The position numbers were made by a program, and so were the translations under genes. This document shows positions 20,770 to 37,611 of a stretch of DNA of 64,000 nt, in pieces. The stretch is from Guillardia theta CCMP2712 (lineage: Eukaryota; Protista; Cryptophyta). The notes beneath the pieces are model-generated. The model had not been told where the DNA came from and searched no databases. It was given only the letters and a program-made list of their open reading frames with translations. The stretch's first letter is position 1. Every line of letters begins with the position of its first letter. Location: NCBI RefSeq assembly GCF_000315625.1, contig NW_005434610.1:235698-299697 (forward strand), written 5' to 3'.

Positions 20770-23734
20770 ACAGGGAGAGGACGAGGACGAGGACGAGGAA
20801 CAGGGAGAGGACGAGGACGAGGATGAGGAACAGGGAGAGGACGAGGACGAGGACGAGGACGAGGATNNNNNNNNNNNNNNNNNNNNNNNNNNNNNNNNNN
20901 NNNNNNNNNNNNNNNNNNNNNNNNNNNNNNNNNNNNNNNNNNNNNNNNNNNNNNNNNNNNNNNNNNNNNNNNNNNNNNNNNNNNNNNCTCCTCCCTCCCT
21001 CCTCCTCCTGGCCAACCAGCGTCATCCTCCTCTTCCTCCTCTCTCCTCCCTCCTCGCCTCCTCCTCCCTCCCTCCTCTGCTCTCTCCTCCTCTTCCTCCC
21101 CTCTCCTCCTCCACCACCACCACCACCACCTCTCTCCTCTTCCCTCCCTTCCTCCCCTCCCCTCCCCTCCCTCCCCTCCCCTCCCCTCCCTCCCATCCTC
21201 CCCTCCCTCCCCTCCCTCCCCTCTCCCTCGGGTCTTATCCTTATGGAACTTAACGGGGGCAGTTGGAAGGCATCCTAAGGAAGCAGCTCAAGTGGTACGA
21301 GACGAGCGATGGAGGGGAGGCGGAGCAGAAGGAGAAGGCAGAGGATGGCAGGGCAGCAATGATGAGCAAGAAGAAGGTTGGAGAGACTATAAGGAGCGCA
21401 TCTGCCTCTTCTTACTGACCTGCTCTCAGTCCGTCTCCTGTCAACCCTTCCATGCCCTGCTCTACGCAGAGCTCGATGGAGATGTAATGATGACACGTCT
21501 GCTCCTGCTGCTCTTCCATGTGACGGCGGGTGTGCAGGTGGTGCTGAAGGTAGCTCAATCGTTTGCTCATCAAGTAGAATTCTCCGGTGATTGCATCCTC
21601 GGTGGAGCTGCGGGGATTTGATGAGTTTTCCTTTGAGCAGCAAGACACTTCAGACATTTCTTCGAGGCAGCAACGAGGTTTGATAGATTTCCGGCTTTCA
21701 ACGACAACAAGATCAACGTTGGCTACCTCTCTCACGACTTTGGGGTACGGAAGAACCTGTGAAAACAGCTCACGATGTCAAACTCATGTGAACAAGTTTT
21801 CTCCCACTTGTTCACTACATCAGTTCATGTGATCTCTTGGATGAAGAAGCGTTGCAGGCAAAACATCTCAGCAATCCTTTGAAACATGCTCCACCTCAAA
21901 CAAACATCTCTCATTTCACCTCTCACATGTATGATATGTTGCAGGATCATCCGACGGGGCATCTTTTCAACGGCGTTCCTTTCCTGCACCAACAATCCAA
22001 GAGGGTTCGAGCGTTTTATTTCTCCCTCAGGTAAAATTCTGCCTCCTCCCTCCTCCCTCCTCCCTCCTCCCTCCTCCCTCCTCCCTCCTCCTCCTCCCTC
22101 CTNNNNNNNNNNNNNNNNNNNNNNNNNNNNNNNNNNNNNNNNNNNNNNNNNNNNNNNNNNNNNNNNNNNNNNNNNNNNNNNNNNNNNNNNNNNNNNNNNN
22201 NNACCTCACCTCACCTCACCTCACCTCTCCTCCTCCTCACCTCACCTCTCCTCTCCTCCTCCTCTCCTCACCTCTCCTCTCCTCTCCTCACCTCTCCTCT
22301 CCTCACCTCACCTCTCCTCTCCTCTCCTCTCCTCTCCTCTCCTCTCCTCTCCTCTCCTCTCCTCACCTCTCCTCTCCTCACCTCTCCTCTCCTCTCCTCT
22401 CCTCTCCTCTCCTCTCCTCTCCTCTCCTCTCACTTTGCTGCTTCTCTCTTCAGTGGAGCCGCCTACATCGACTTTCTAGTCTCAGACAAGATCGTCAGCC
22501 CGCCGGAAGCAAGAGCCCTCTACTCAGAGCACCTTGTCCTCCTCCCTGGCACCTACCAGGTAGAGAAGCTGGGGAAGACGAGGAGAGAGGGAGAGGTATG
22601 GAGGAGGGGAGCAGGGGAAGACAGGAGAGAGTCAGAGGAGGAGTGGAGGGACAGAGCAAGAAGGAGGGAGAGCCAGAGAGAGAGAGAGTCAGGCTGGGCG
22701 GGAGGTGAGGGAGAGGTGAGGGAGTGATGTGGGCTCAGGTCAACGACTACAAGGTTGGCTTCAAGCATCTGAAACAGTCTCTGATGAGGGAGAAAGAGCT
22801 TCATACGAGGTACCTCCTCCTCCTCCTCCTCCTCCTCCTGCCTCCTCCTGCTCCTCCTCCTGCTCCTCCTGCTCCTCCTGTCTCCTCCTCCTCCTGCCTC
22901 CTCCTCCTCCTGCCTCCTCCTCCTCCTGTCTCCTGTCTCCTCCTCTGCTCTCCTCCTTTCTCCTGCTCCTCGCTTCACTTTCTCCTACCTTACATTCCAC
23001 ACCTGCTGTTTCGCTACCTCAGGCAATCTGGGCTGGCGTTCCCCTAGTCACCTGGCCGGGTGTAGCGATGGCGTCAAGAGTAGCAGCAAGTCTACTGGTT
23101 GACCTCCTTCCCTCTTCCTCTCTCCTTCTTCCCTTCTCCTCCTCTCCTTCTTTCCTTGTCCTCCTCTCCTTCTTTCTTCTTGCTCCCTTGCTTCTCCTCT
23201 CTCCTGTCTCCTCTCCTCCTCCTCTCTCCTCCTCCTCTCTCCTCCTCCTCTCTTCCTGCTTCTCTCTCTTGCTGCTCCCATCTCCCTTCCCTGTTCCTCT
23301 TTGTTCTCTTCCCTTCACACCCTGAACTTTTCCTCCTCCCAACCTCCTCCTCTACCCTCTTTCGTCTCCATCTGCTCACTTGACCTGCAGATGTCAACTG
23401 CGACTGTCTCTTGCCTGATTGCTCGCACGCAAGAAGACTTCCTCGAGCTCGTCTTCGCTCTCGCAATCTCCCACCACAGGAGGCGAGCTTTGCGACAGAG
23501 CATGTAACCTCTCTACAATCTCCTCCTCCTCCTCCTCCTCCTCCTCCTCCTCCTCCTCCTCCTCCCTCTTCCTGGCCATGACTCATGATCTCTCGCAGGA
23601 TGCAAGGCAGCGACCTCTTCGATACTGAGCGGTGGGTCAGCAGCTGGGAAACGAGTTTGCGCCTTATGGTCACAGCTGGGATGTATGCTGAGCGAGGGCA
23701 CGTTCCGCACATTGTTGCCCGTAGATCAAGTTAG
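17650..23734 (+). CDS. OGT: TPR-containing GT41 O-GlcNAc transferase-like protein with an N-terminal signal peptide; interrupted by gaps
   Basis: Many TPRs (YNLGNAYY, YNNMANAM, LCNLGVLY), then QPFHALLY, DHPTGHL, SGAAYIDFLVSDKIVSPPE..YSEHLVLLPGTYQ/VNDY, AIWAGVPLVTWPG..MASRVAASLL and LFDTERWV. Stop at 23732-23734. Confidence 0.85.
20867..20987. other. Assembly gap (N run); others at 22103-22202, 26257-26356, 29023-29122, 54130-54229 and 56174-56383
   Basis: N runs, mostly adjoining simple repeats. Confidence 1.
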
Positions 23735-23744
23735 AGGGCCTTGA

Positions 23745-24125
23745 GCGTACCCGGCCGACCACCGTGAGCCCGGCCCAAGTGCTCCGAGGCCCGGCGGCCT
23801 CACTGAGTCTTTAACTTAACTCAGTTGAGTAAAAAAGGAGTCAGCTCACACTTCAGTCTCGGACCGACGGTCCGACGGTCGCCGGAGCACCGGGCCGGGC
23901 CTGCCGGGCCTCGGGGACCAGACGTTACGATAATGTAACGGTGAATAGCAGAGCAAAATGAAACCACTGCCTTGTCGTTCTGAACCCACCCCTATGTGTC
24001 CGATGTTGACTACCCCACAAGTGTCACAGTACCCCCTACCGACCTTTTCTGTCAATATCTCGTGTCCTCATATGGGTACTTATGACCCCCTACCCACTTT
24101 TTACATGACCTACCCCAACTTCCGT
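23745..24125 (+). promoter_or_regulatory. Palindrome-dense core followed by a CCCCTAC tract upstream of the DC2 gene
   Basis: CCGGCCCAAG, ACTGAGTC and CGGACCGACGGTCCG, then repeated ACCCCTA/CTACCCC on the plus strand. Confidence 0.5.
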
Positions 24126-24259
24126 GAGAGACCGTTGATCGGTTGACCCGAAGAATGAATGGCGCGGGGCTGATGAATGCGGGGAAGAAGCGAGGAGAGG
24201 AGCAGCGGAAGGAAGAGAGAAGCAACTGCAAGCAGAGATGTAGGAACAAGTGAGCATGG

Positions 24260-24290
<31 letters not shown>

Positions 24291-24432
24291 AGTCTGAGGA
24301 ACTTGATCATGAAGACGTTCTCTACAACCAGACGGAGCGATCTGACATGGTGTTCAGGTCAGACATCATTTCATCGAACAGCTGGGTCTTCAAGTGAAAT
24401 CGATTGATTGGAGCGGACATCAACAAGTCAAG

Positions 24433-29646
<5,214 letters not shown>

Positions 29647-29760
29647 AACAGAGGACGAGGACGAGGACGAGGACGAGGGAGCGTTGTGCTGGAGCTCTAG
29701 ATGTTCATTATTGAAATTTCTGCTTACACAAGGGAGGAGGACGAGGAGAGGGAGGGGGGG

Positions 29761-32700
29761 TCACTTGTGCCTCCTGCTGAATGCGATGGCGAAGGGGAGG
29801 GAGTCGAGACGAGGATCGGAGGAGGAGAGGAGCAGCACCGCTCGCTTCCACTCCTCCTCCTCCTCCTTCCATACTCCAGCTATGCTCATTGAGCTTCCCA
29901 TCCGTGAAACAGAGCGCAGGGAGGAGGAGGAGGTGAGGGACGTGCTGGGCCTGAGCTGGGAGCAGCTGGAGGAAGGTCGTTGGGCGACCTCCCGCTCCTC
30001 CTCCCGCTCTTGCTGCATGGCGCCCTCGAGAAGCTTGACAAGAGCTGCCGCCTGTGACGGGAGTGAGGAGCGACAGAGAGGAGAACCAGAGGAGGAACGG
30101 GGAGGGCAGTTGTGCAGCAAGGCAGGGAAGGAGAGAGGAAAGGAAAGGAGCCGAAAGGAGGAGAGAGGAGAGGAAGCATGAAGAAGAGAGCAGGAAGGGA
30201 AAGAAGGGGAGGGAAGGGGAGGGAAGGGGAGGGAAGGGGAGGGAAGGGAAGGGAAGGGAAGGGAAGGGAAGGGAAGGGGAGGGAAGGGAAGGGAAGGGAA
30301 GGGAAGGGGAGGGGAGGGGAGGAAGAGGTTCTCACCTCCGCTCCCTCCTCCTCCTCCAGCATCCTGCTCTCCTCCATGAACCCCAGCAGCTTCTTCGCCT
30401 GGGCTTCTGCTCCCCTTCCCCTTCGATCCTTCCTCTCCTCCTCGTCTTCATCGTCCTCCTCTTCTTCCCTGCCAAACTCTCCCATCCTCTCTCTGAGCAA
30501 GAAGCCTGCTGGGCCTGCTGCTCGTACCCGCAGCCGCTGCCATGCCTTCTGAAGCTCGACGGGACTCCAGCGCCGAAGGAGGTCGGCGGAGAGGAGGAGG
30601 TGAGGGCGACGGGCAGGAGAGGAGACGAACTTCTTGCCCACACTAGAGTGGAAGCGTACGAGACTTCTTGCCGCCTTGCGGTCTGGGGAGGAAGAGGAGG
30701 AGAGGACGGAGGCAGGTCGCTGTGGGGTACTGGAGGCACTGTCGGACCAGATCTTCTGCAAGAGAGAAACGTCAGGAGGAGGAGGAGACGAAGGGAGGAC
30801 GTCGACTTTGGTGAGGGAGGGAGGGAGGAGGAAAGGGGAAGGAGGACAAGGAGGGCGAGCAACTGAGAGAAGGAGGAGAAGGGAAGAAGGAAGAGCAAGG
30901 GAGAGGAGGAAGAGGAAGGGGGTAGCTGACCAGGACTTGCGCTTTGTTGTGTTTCAGCTCTTCGAAGGAGGCAGAGTGAACGGAGCGCAAGATTTCAGCC
31001 CATGAGATGTAGTTCCTGTTGACTTCTATGCACTGAAGCAGAGGGTTGATCAGTCGCGATGAGAGAGATGGAGGAGAGGAGAGGAGCGAGGAGAGCGGAG
31101 AGGAAAAGGGAGGAGGGGAAAGCAGGGGAAAGCAGGGGAGGGAAGGAGAGGGGAGGAGAGGAAAGAGAAGTAGGGAGGATAGGTGAGAGGGGAGGAACTA
31201 TTTGAAATTCACCTGTACTGTGTTGTAAGTCCTGCATTGAGCAACTATGTCAAGGAGTTTCTGTCTGCTTATAAGAGGCAGATGGACATCTGAGTTTTCA
31301 ATCTCCTGCAAGAAAATTACAATCTCACTCCTTCCACAACCTCGTGCCCTCCTCTCCCCTCCCCTCCTCACTTCTGCTCCTGCTCCCTTCTGACCTCCAT
31401 CCCTTTCCTCCTCGCTTTGTCTGGTCACCATGACACACAATCTCCCTGCCTCTCCTGCCCTCTCTCCTTTTCTCTCCTGTCCACAGCTTAGCTCTCCTCT
31501 CCTCTCCTCTCCTCTCCTCTCCTCTCCTCTCCTCTCCTCTCCTCTCCTCTCCTCTCCTCTCCTCTCCTCGCTCTCATGACCTCACCTGGACAAGGAGTTC
31601 TCGATCGATCAAGCTTGTAAACTGCGACGAAGTCTTCGGGTCGCACCTTTGAAACAACTCGTGCAATCTGTTCGTTGATCAGTATATTCATCATCTCCAT
31701 CATCATCATCATCATCCCCATCATCATCCCCATCACCTCCATCATCATCATCATCATCATCTCAATCTCCATCATTATCACCACCACCACAACGGAGTGA
31801 AGCTCTTTCTTGATCTCACATTCGCTTCTGTTTTGCAATCTTCTTCAGATATTCGTTGATTGCTCCTTCCCTTCCATCTTTTGTCTTTTGTAGAATAGAA
31901 GTGCTGCTTTTGGAGCTCATCGAGGAGAGAAAAGAAGAATGAGGAGAAGTGCGATCAACAAAATGCTCCTGTCACGCTGCGTCAGCAGACTCCTCGTCCT
32001 CCTCGTCCTCCTTCTCCTCCTCGTCCTCGTCCTCGTCCTCTTCCTCCTCCTCCTCCTCCTCCTCCTCCTCCTCCTCCTCCTCCTCCTCCTTTCCTTGATG
32101 GATCCAAAGATCCTTTTGAAATTCGCCCGGTGCTTCGGACCAGCCTGGGAGATCACGGAAAGCCAAGAGGTCAGAGGGAGGGAGGAGAGGATTACCTCAT
32201 TCATGTCCTTACCTTCTCCAGCCATTCCTTCACTCTCGATATCTCAGACTCGTCTACAACTCCCTTGCACAGCTCGCTGATCTCTTTGTCTTGCAGCTTG
32301 ACCTCACTGTCATGTGAGAACATTGCATCCTTGCTGCCACTGATTCCTGAAGTTGGTGTCGACGACGCTGCTCAAGCACGTCAGAGCCTCGTCGCAGCCG
32401 CCGTCCGTCCGTCCGTCCGTCCGTCCCTCCTTCCCTTTCCTCCCTGCCTCTCCTTTCTCCTCCAACTACTCCACCTGCTCGCATGGACTTGTTCATCTTG
32501 ATGAAAGACCTCGACTTCTCTCGCCTCTCTCGTCGGACGCGCTTCAGCTCTTCCTCACTCAGAGCTTGCCTCTTGCTCTCCCCTCCTTGCAGTGCCATCT
32601 CCACCTCCGTCTTATCTCCCATCATGGTCTGCAATCGCCGCATCAGTCTTCCTCCTGCATGCACTTCTAAGGTGTCAAACCTGAAACCAGTGATGTTTGG

Positions 32701-32843
32701 GTGGCGTCTTCCCGCATCTTTCCTGTGGAGTCGCAAACTTGTACTCGACTATGTCACTGATCGCTGCTTCGTTCTCCATCCTGATATCATACTGTCAGTC
32801 TGACTGATCGCCATCCTTCATCCTGCCTGGGCCTCCTCGCCAT
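29761..32843 (-). CDS. Hypothetical multi-exon protein
   Basis: Coherent minus-strand exons between SSR introns (e.g. RLMRRLQTMMGDKTEVEM, IARVVSKVRPEDFVAVYKLDRSRTPCP, RWSPVELQKAWQRLR). No family recognised. Confidence 0.55.
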
Positions 32844-33084
32844 GGCCTCTATATCGAATCCTCTCCTCCTCTCCTCTCCACTCCTCTCCTCCCTTGCTCT
32901 ATCACTCAGTCGCAGCCATCAACTGGTCTACTCTGTGGAAAAGGGTGGGTATGTAGAGTTATTGGATAGGTAGGGGGTGTCAATGCACTTGGTAAATACG
33001 GGTATAAAATCTGGTCAAAGGAGGGGTGTAAATTTCTTTGAATGGGTGGGGGTCATGGCCACGGGGGTGATTGTCGCACTCGGA

Positions 33085-33450
33085 GTCTTAGCCGTTGAGG
33101 CTGATAGTTGACTGGGCGCACTCAGTGGGCCCCGGGCCCCCAACCCGGCGCCGGCCGCTGAGCTCCGAACTTCCGGGCCCGGTAGTCCGGAACCTTGATC
33201 TCACAGACGGGTTAGTGGAAACTTGACTCAGTGAAGAGAAAAGAGCTTCCGATTCAACCGGGGATCTACAGGCCCGGGCCCGGTGACTCGGGGCCGGGCA
33301 CTGTAAAAGTGACTCGCTCAGTGCCAAACTTCCGTTGAACACTGACCCGGGTCGTTGTTTGGGCGAAAGGCAACGCCAGGCCACCAGCTGACCCCGGAAC
33401 TGGTTCCGAGGGTCCGATGAGTCAAACTTGACGTGATCACTGAGTCCTCG
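33085..33450. promoter_or_regulatory. Palindrome-dense core of a divergent intergenic region
   Basis: GGGCCCCGGGCCC, GGCCCGGGCC, GACTCAGT and ACTGAGTC words, with GGGT-rich tracts at 32940-33070 facing the minus-strand gene. Confidence 0.5.
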
Positions 33451-33457
33451 CGTTCCC

Positions 33458-34687
33458 ATGGCGCTCGTCTGGGCCGTCATGGCGGCAGCCCTGGCGCTGG
33501 CTGGCAATGCAGGAGGAGCAGACGCCTCAGGTGGGACCTTCCTGATCCCCTCTGCTGAGAGGAAGCTTCTGGCTGCTCAGGATGGGATCAGCAACTGTAG
33601 TGCGGCCTGCGCTCGATGCAACATGTTCGGCAGTACCCTGGACGTCCCATGTAGCAGCAAGATTTGCAACAGCAAGGGACGATGCGATGGGCAAGGACGA
33701 TGTGTCTGCTTTGAAGGATGGGCAGGGCTGACATGCAACGTGTCTACGACAACTTCTCCTGAAGTTCATCAACAAACAAGCACAACTATAATCATCACAG
33801 ACACCAATGCTACTATGCTTCCAGGGACCACAGTGCTTCCAGAGACAACAAGCGCACAAAACTTGACCAACATCACAGGTGAAAACAGTCTTCAAGAATC
33901 AACCAGGACATACGACAACATTACGAGTGTTGTATCATCCATGGAATCAACCAATCCAGCCAGTACCCCTGAAACGACTCCAGTTGGTAACAGCGCCATC
34001 GAGGCCACCGTCAACTTTCTCGTCACTTTCTCGATGACCCGCGCTGAGTTTGAAAACATCCGAGTGAAGTACCTTGCAAGCTTCGCGCGTGCAGCAAAGG
34101 TTTCTCTTAACAGGGTGAGGATCGTAGAGGTGAGGGAAATCTCCCTCAGACGATCTGCAATACACCGACGACTGCTAGCCAGCGGGGTAGAGGTTGTGAC
34201 CGAGGTGAAGCTCGACGGTACGCAGTCAGCAGACAGCTACAGCATCAGTTCTGATGGTCTCAATGCTGAGCTTGTGAAGGACGGGCTTCCTGCCAGTCAA
34301 GGGGTCAAGAAAGTCACGTCCCCCTCCACCACCGTGGTGAAGTCACTTGGCGGCATCACCCGTTCGGAGATCATTCTTGCGAGCTGCCTCGGGGGCGTCA
34401 CTTTGTTGGGTCTGGTCGTCGGATGTTTTGTTTGGGTGTGGATAAATGGGGGGAGGAAGAAGAAGCTGGAGGAGACGAAAATGGTTGAAGGGAACAGTGC
34501 TTGCTCGGCCTCGATCGGTTTCGAGTCATGGGCAGTACCCCATTGCGTGAAGAAGCAAAGTCCAGATGGAAGCTACGAGATTCAAGAGAATGAGGAAGAG
34601 AACACCGAGAAGCTCAACCAGGAGGCCGCTGAGCCTGACTCAGAAGCTTTAACCAAGTACTGTTTGAGCGAGGTGCTGAATGATTAA
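33458..34687 (+). CDS. Type I membrane protein: signal peptide, EGF-like domain, Thr/Ser mucin-like stalk, juxtamembrane domain with RRLL, TM helix
   Basis: 409-aa intronless ORF with CNSKGRCDGQGRCVCFEGWAGLTC, NxT sequons and TM IILASCLGGVTLLGLVVGCFVWVWI followed by RKKK. Confidence 0.85.
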   Translation: MALVWAVMAAALALAGNAGGADASGGTFLIPSAERKLLAAQDGISNCSAACARCNMFGSTLDVPCSSKICNSKGRCDGQGRCVCFEGWAGLTCNVSTTTSPEVHQQTSTTIIITDTNATMLPGTTVLPETTSAQNLTNITGENSLQESTRTYDNITSVVSSMESTNPASTPETTPVGNSAIEATVNFLVTFSMTRAEFENIRVKYLASFARAAKVSLNRVRIVEVREISLRRSAIHRRLLASGVEVVTEVKLDGTQSADSYSISSDGLNAELVKDGLPASQGVKKVTSPSTTVVKSLGGITRSEIILASCLGGVTLLGLVVGCFVWVWINGGRKKKLEETKMVEGNSACSASIGFESWAVPHCVKKQSPDGSYEIQENEEENTEKLNQEAAEPDSEALTKYCLSEVLND

Positions 34688-34842
34688 ATCGTAGGTATGC
34701 TGCAAGTTCTGCCAATTTAGAAAAGGATGGTAATTGTCCGATGTCACGAAGGAGCTAGAAACAAGTGGAGGACTAGGCAGCCAAGGCTTGTAGCGCAGGG
34801 GCCAGAGCGTTGAATGCCATTTAAACACTACCTTAGCCGACG

Positions 34843-36150
34843 TTACACCTGAGCATCACTCTGTAGGTTTGCATGACACGACGCAATCCACTCCAACTTG
34901 TTGCAACGCTTCTCAACCTGCAAATCATCATGTTGTCACGTGACAGAATCTTCACCGTCATCCGCCGACACTCTTCTTCCTCTTTCACCGTCTCTCACCT
35001 CCAAGAGATGCGGGCAGGTCGTGGCAAGGTCGACGTCATACCTGAGGAAGTGACTGTAACATTGACCCGCAAACACCTCATCGCACATTCCAGACCTTCG
35101 GGCATTGTAGAGCTGAGGTATCAGACAGGCATCAGCCATGGTTGGTTCGCGGGTTCCAGCAAGGTACACGCTGTCGTTTCCTCGATCCTCCTTTAGCTCC
35201 TCCAGGATCTGCAGGGCAAGGACCTGAACGAAAGGATACACGTGAGGACAGAAGTTGAAGCTCATGGTCCGAAAACCTCCACAGCTTCCAAGCCCTTTGA
35301 GATAGCCTTGTGTGCCCAATCCTGTTGTCTCAAGTTCACGGACCAAATCTTGATCATCCTCGACTTCATCAACACACAGTCACATACCTTCGAATCCATC
35401 TGCCCGTTGCTGCAAAGATCATCAGAGAGGAGGATGGCCTGAGATTCAGTCTGACTACCTTGAAATAGCTTTGAGGACGCTGAGATTCTGCAAGGGTTGT
35501 ATTCCACTGTTGATTATCTCCGATATCTGCAGCAGCTGTAAACTTGGAAATCCTCCACTTCGCATTCAGAGAGTCCCCACAAGACGCTGGTAAGATCACT
35601 GTACCTGTCTCACTCGCATCCTTTCAATAGGATCTTTTGGCAACATGGAGCAACCTAAATCAACATCAACACATGAAAAAGAGTTACATATCCGGCACCA
35701 GAATTGGGAAAAGTCTCTTCCAGAAATTCGATGATTGCTAAGCTCTGACTCAGCAGCCTCTGTCATGACGTCACTTGGTCTACCACATCCAATACAGAGA
35801 ATTCCTTTGTCTTTGCTTCTTCATCATACACCTCCAAAGTCGGAACCTGAGCCCACCATCATCGGCAGGGAAAGACTGAACCAAATTTCCACCTGTCTCA
35901 TTCGGTTGCGATTTTCATGCTCACTGTCATGCTGGTCCCCTTTTGAGATGTCAATGGGAACGTACTGTTTTATCACAGTTGTCAGTTTGGACATTTTAAG
36001 GTAGCTTTAACAATTTTCCGAACCTCATACTTAATGCCTTTTGCGGCCAACGCGATTCTCACTCGCCAAGTGCACGATGACCGCCAGTAGCCTAACAGAA
36101 ATCTTCAATCGATTAGTGGGTATAATAAAATCTGATGACCGTAAAGCTTC
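34843..36150 (-). CDS. GSTZ1: Maleylacetoacetate isomerase (GST zeta) domain, the C-terminal part of the FAH fusion
   Basis: KLYG/YWRSSCTWRVRIALAAKGIKYE (zeta-class SSC motif), WAHKAISKGLEAVE, PTMADACLIPQLYNARR/YDVDL. Stop at 34843-34845. Confidence 0.85.
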
Positions 36151-37611
36151 CAAGTGTGAAATCGTCTTGCCCCCATAGACGCAACTTGTGACACTCCGTG
36201 AGCTGCAAGTACCTCTTGTTCCAGGTGGACGTGCGCTGGATTACTTTCAATAATGGAGCCAGCAGGGAAGATCTTGCCTGCAGCAATTGAAACTCGAGTA
36301 AGTTTTGAAAAATGAGACAACAATTTTACCATTGCACTCTCCAAAGCCAAGTGACAGTATTCTCTCGTTCCCATTGCTGTCTTGGACCTTATTTTGACAT
36401 TTTCCTCTCATAATCACTTTGTCAAAATCCTTGAGAAATTTTCTGTTTTCTCCAGAGCTACCAAGCGGAACATCACGAGTACCTCTCCAGCTCATCTCCA
36501 ACAGACTCCCAAGAGAGTCTTGTTCGCCCCCACTGATTGTGCCGGTACCGAGAAGATCTCCTGGCCTCATCCGACATCCTGTCACTGTGTGATGCACCAG
36601 TTGTTGCTTGATGTTCCAGTAAAGGTTGCGCATGTTGGTGCGGCAGACCTGCTCTGCTTGAGGCATATCCTGACCCTGGATGCTGACCGTGAGGTCAATG
36701 TCGAAGGAGGAGTAATTGGGATCTTTCAAGTAGTCGAGCGGCTCGGGGTCCTGTTGAACCCTGGAGATGGTCTCGCAGGTGAATGGTTTCAAGGCCTCAT
36801 ATGGAACGATCCAAGGAGATATGGAGGTGGCAAAGTTCTTGGATCCAAAGGGCCCAAGTGGGACATACTCCCACGACTGGATGTCCCTGGCAGACCAGTC
36901 GTTCATGAGGACAAGGCCGAAGATTCGATCTTCAACGTTGTCCATGGTTATGGTCTCACCCAACCTCAGGGGCTCCCCCCCTACAAAGAACGCAATCTCC
37001 ATTTCAAAGTCCAGGTTCTTGCATGGACCGTACTCGCTTCCTTTCTTTGGGTCTCCTTTATCCTTCTGCAACTGACCTCGTGGGCGAACGATCTCGGTCC
37101 CGCTGACGAATACGGTAGATGCGCGGCCATGGTATCCAACAGGAAGGTGTAGCCAGTTGGGCTGCAAGGCATTCGCTGGATCACGAAACATGCACCCGCA
37201 ATTGAACGCATGGTCTCTGGAAGAGTAAAAGTCTGTGTAGTCTGGTATGACAGCCGGAAGATGCATCTTCACTGTATCTAACTTGACGAATGCCTTGGAT
37301 GCCATTACAGGATCGTCTCTTAATTCCCTGCTTCCTCCTTCTCTGAGAAGGTCCATGAGTCTTTCTCTTGTAGCTTTCCAAACAGATGAAGGACATGCCA
37401 TGAATTCATTCAAGGCTGGCTTTGAGAAGCACGATGGGTCCAAGCCTCCAATGCCCCGGAGCAGGCAAGTGACAACTGACAAGTCCAGGACTAAATTTCC
37501 TATGGCAACCCCGCACCTTGGTGGCCTTGAGCTCGTTGAGAAGACTCCATATGGCAGATTGTCAAGTGTGAAGTCAGAATTCTCTGGTATCTCAACCCAG
37601 GAGCGCGTCAT
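36151..37611 (-). CDS. FAH: Fumarylacetoacetate hydrolase domain, fused in frame to MAAI
   Basis: SDFTLDNLPYGVFST, DYTDFYSSRDHAFNCG, HLPVGYHGRAST, LDFEME, NDWSARDIQSWEYVPLGPFGSKNF, GDLLGTGTISG, GFGECN/GKIFPA. Confidence 0.95.

Noticed and set aside
20004-21278. Poly-D/M/I/H/E/S/P ORFs throughout the window
   Set aside because: They are translations of stop-poor intronic microsatellites.
36247-36329. Stand-alone 454-aa FAH as given by the ORF track
   Set aside because: Its tail reads through an intron and loses the conserved GKI.PA ending; the spliced fusion fits better.
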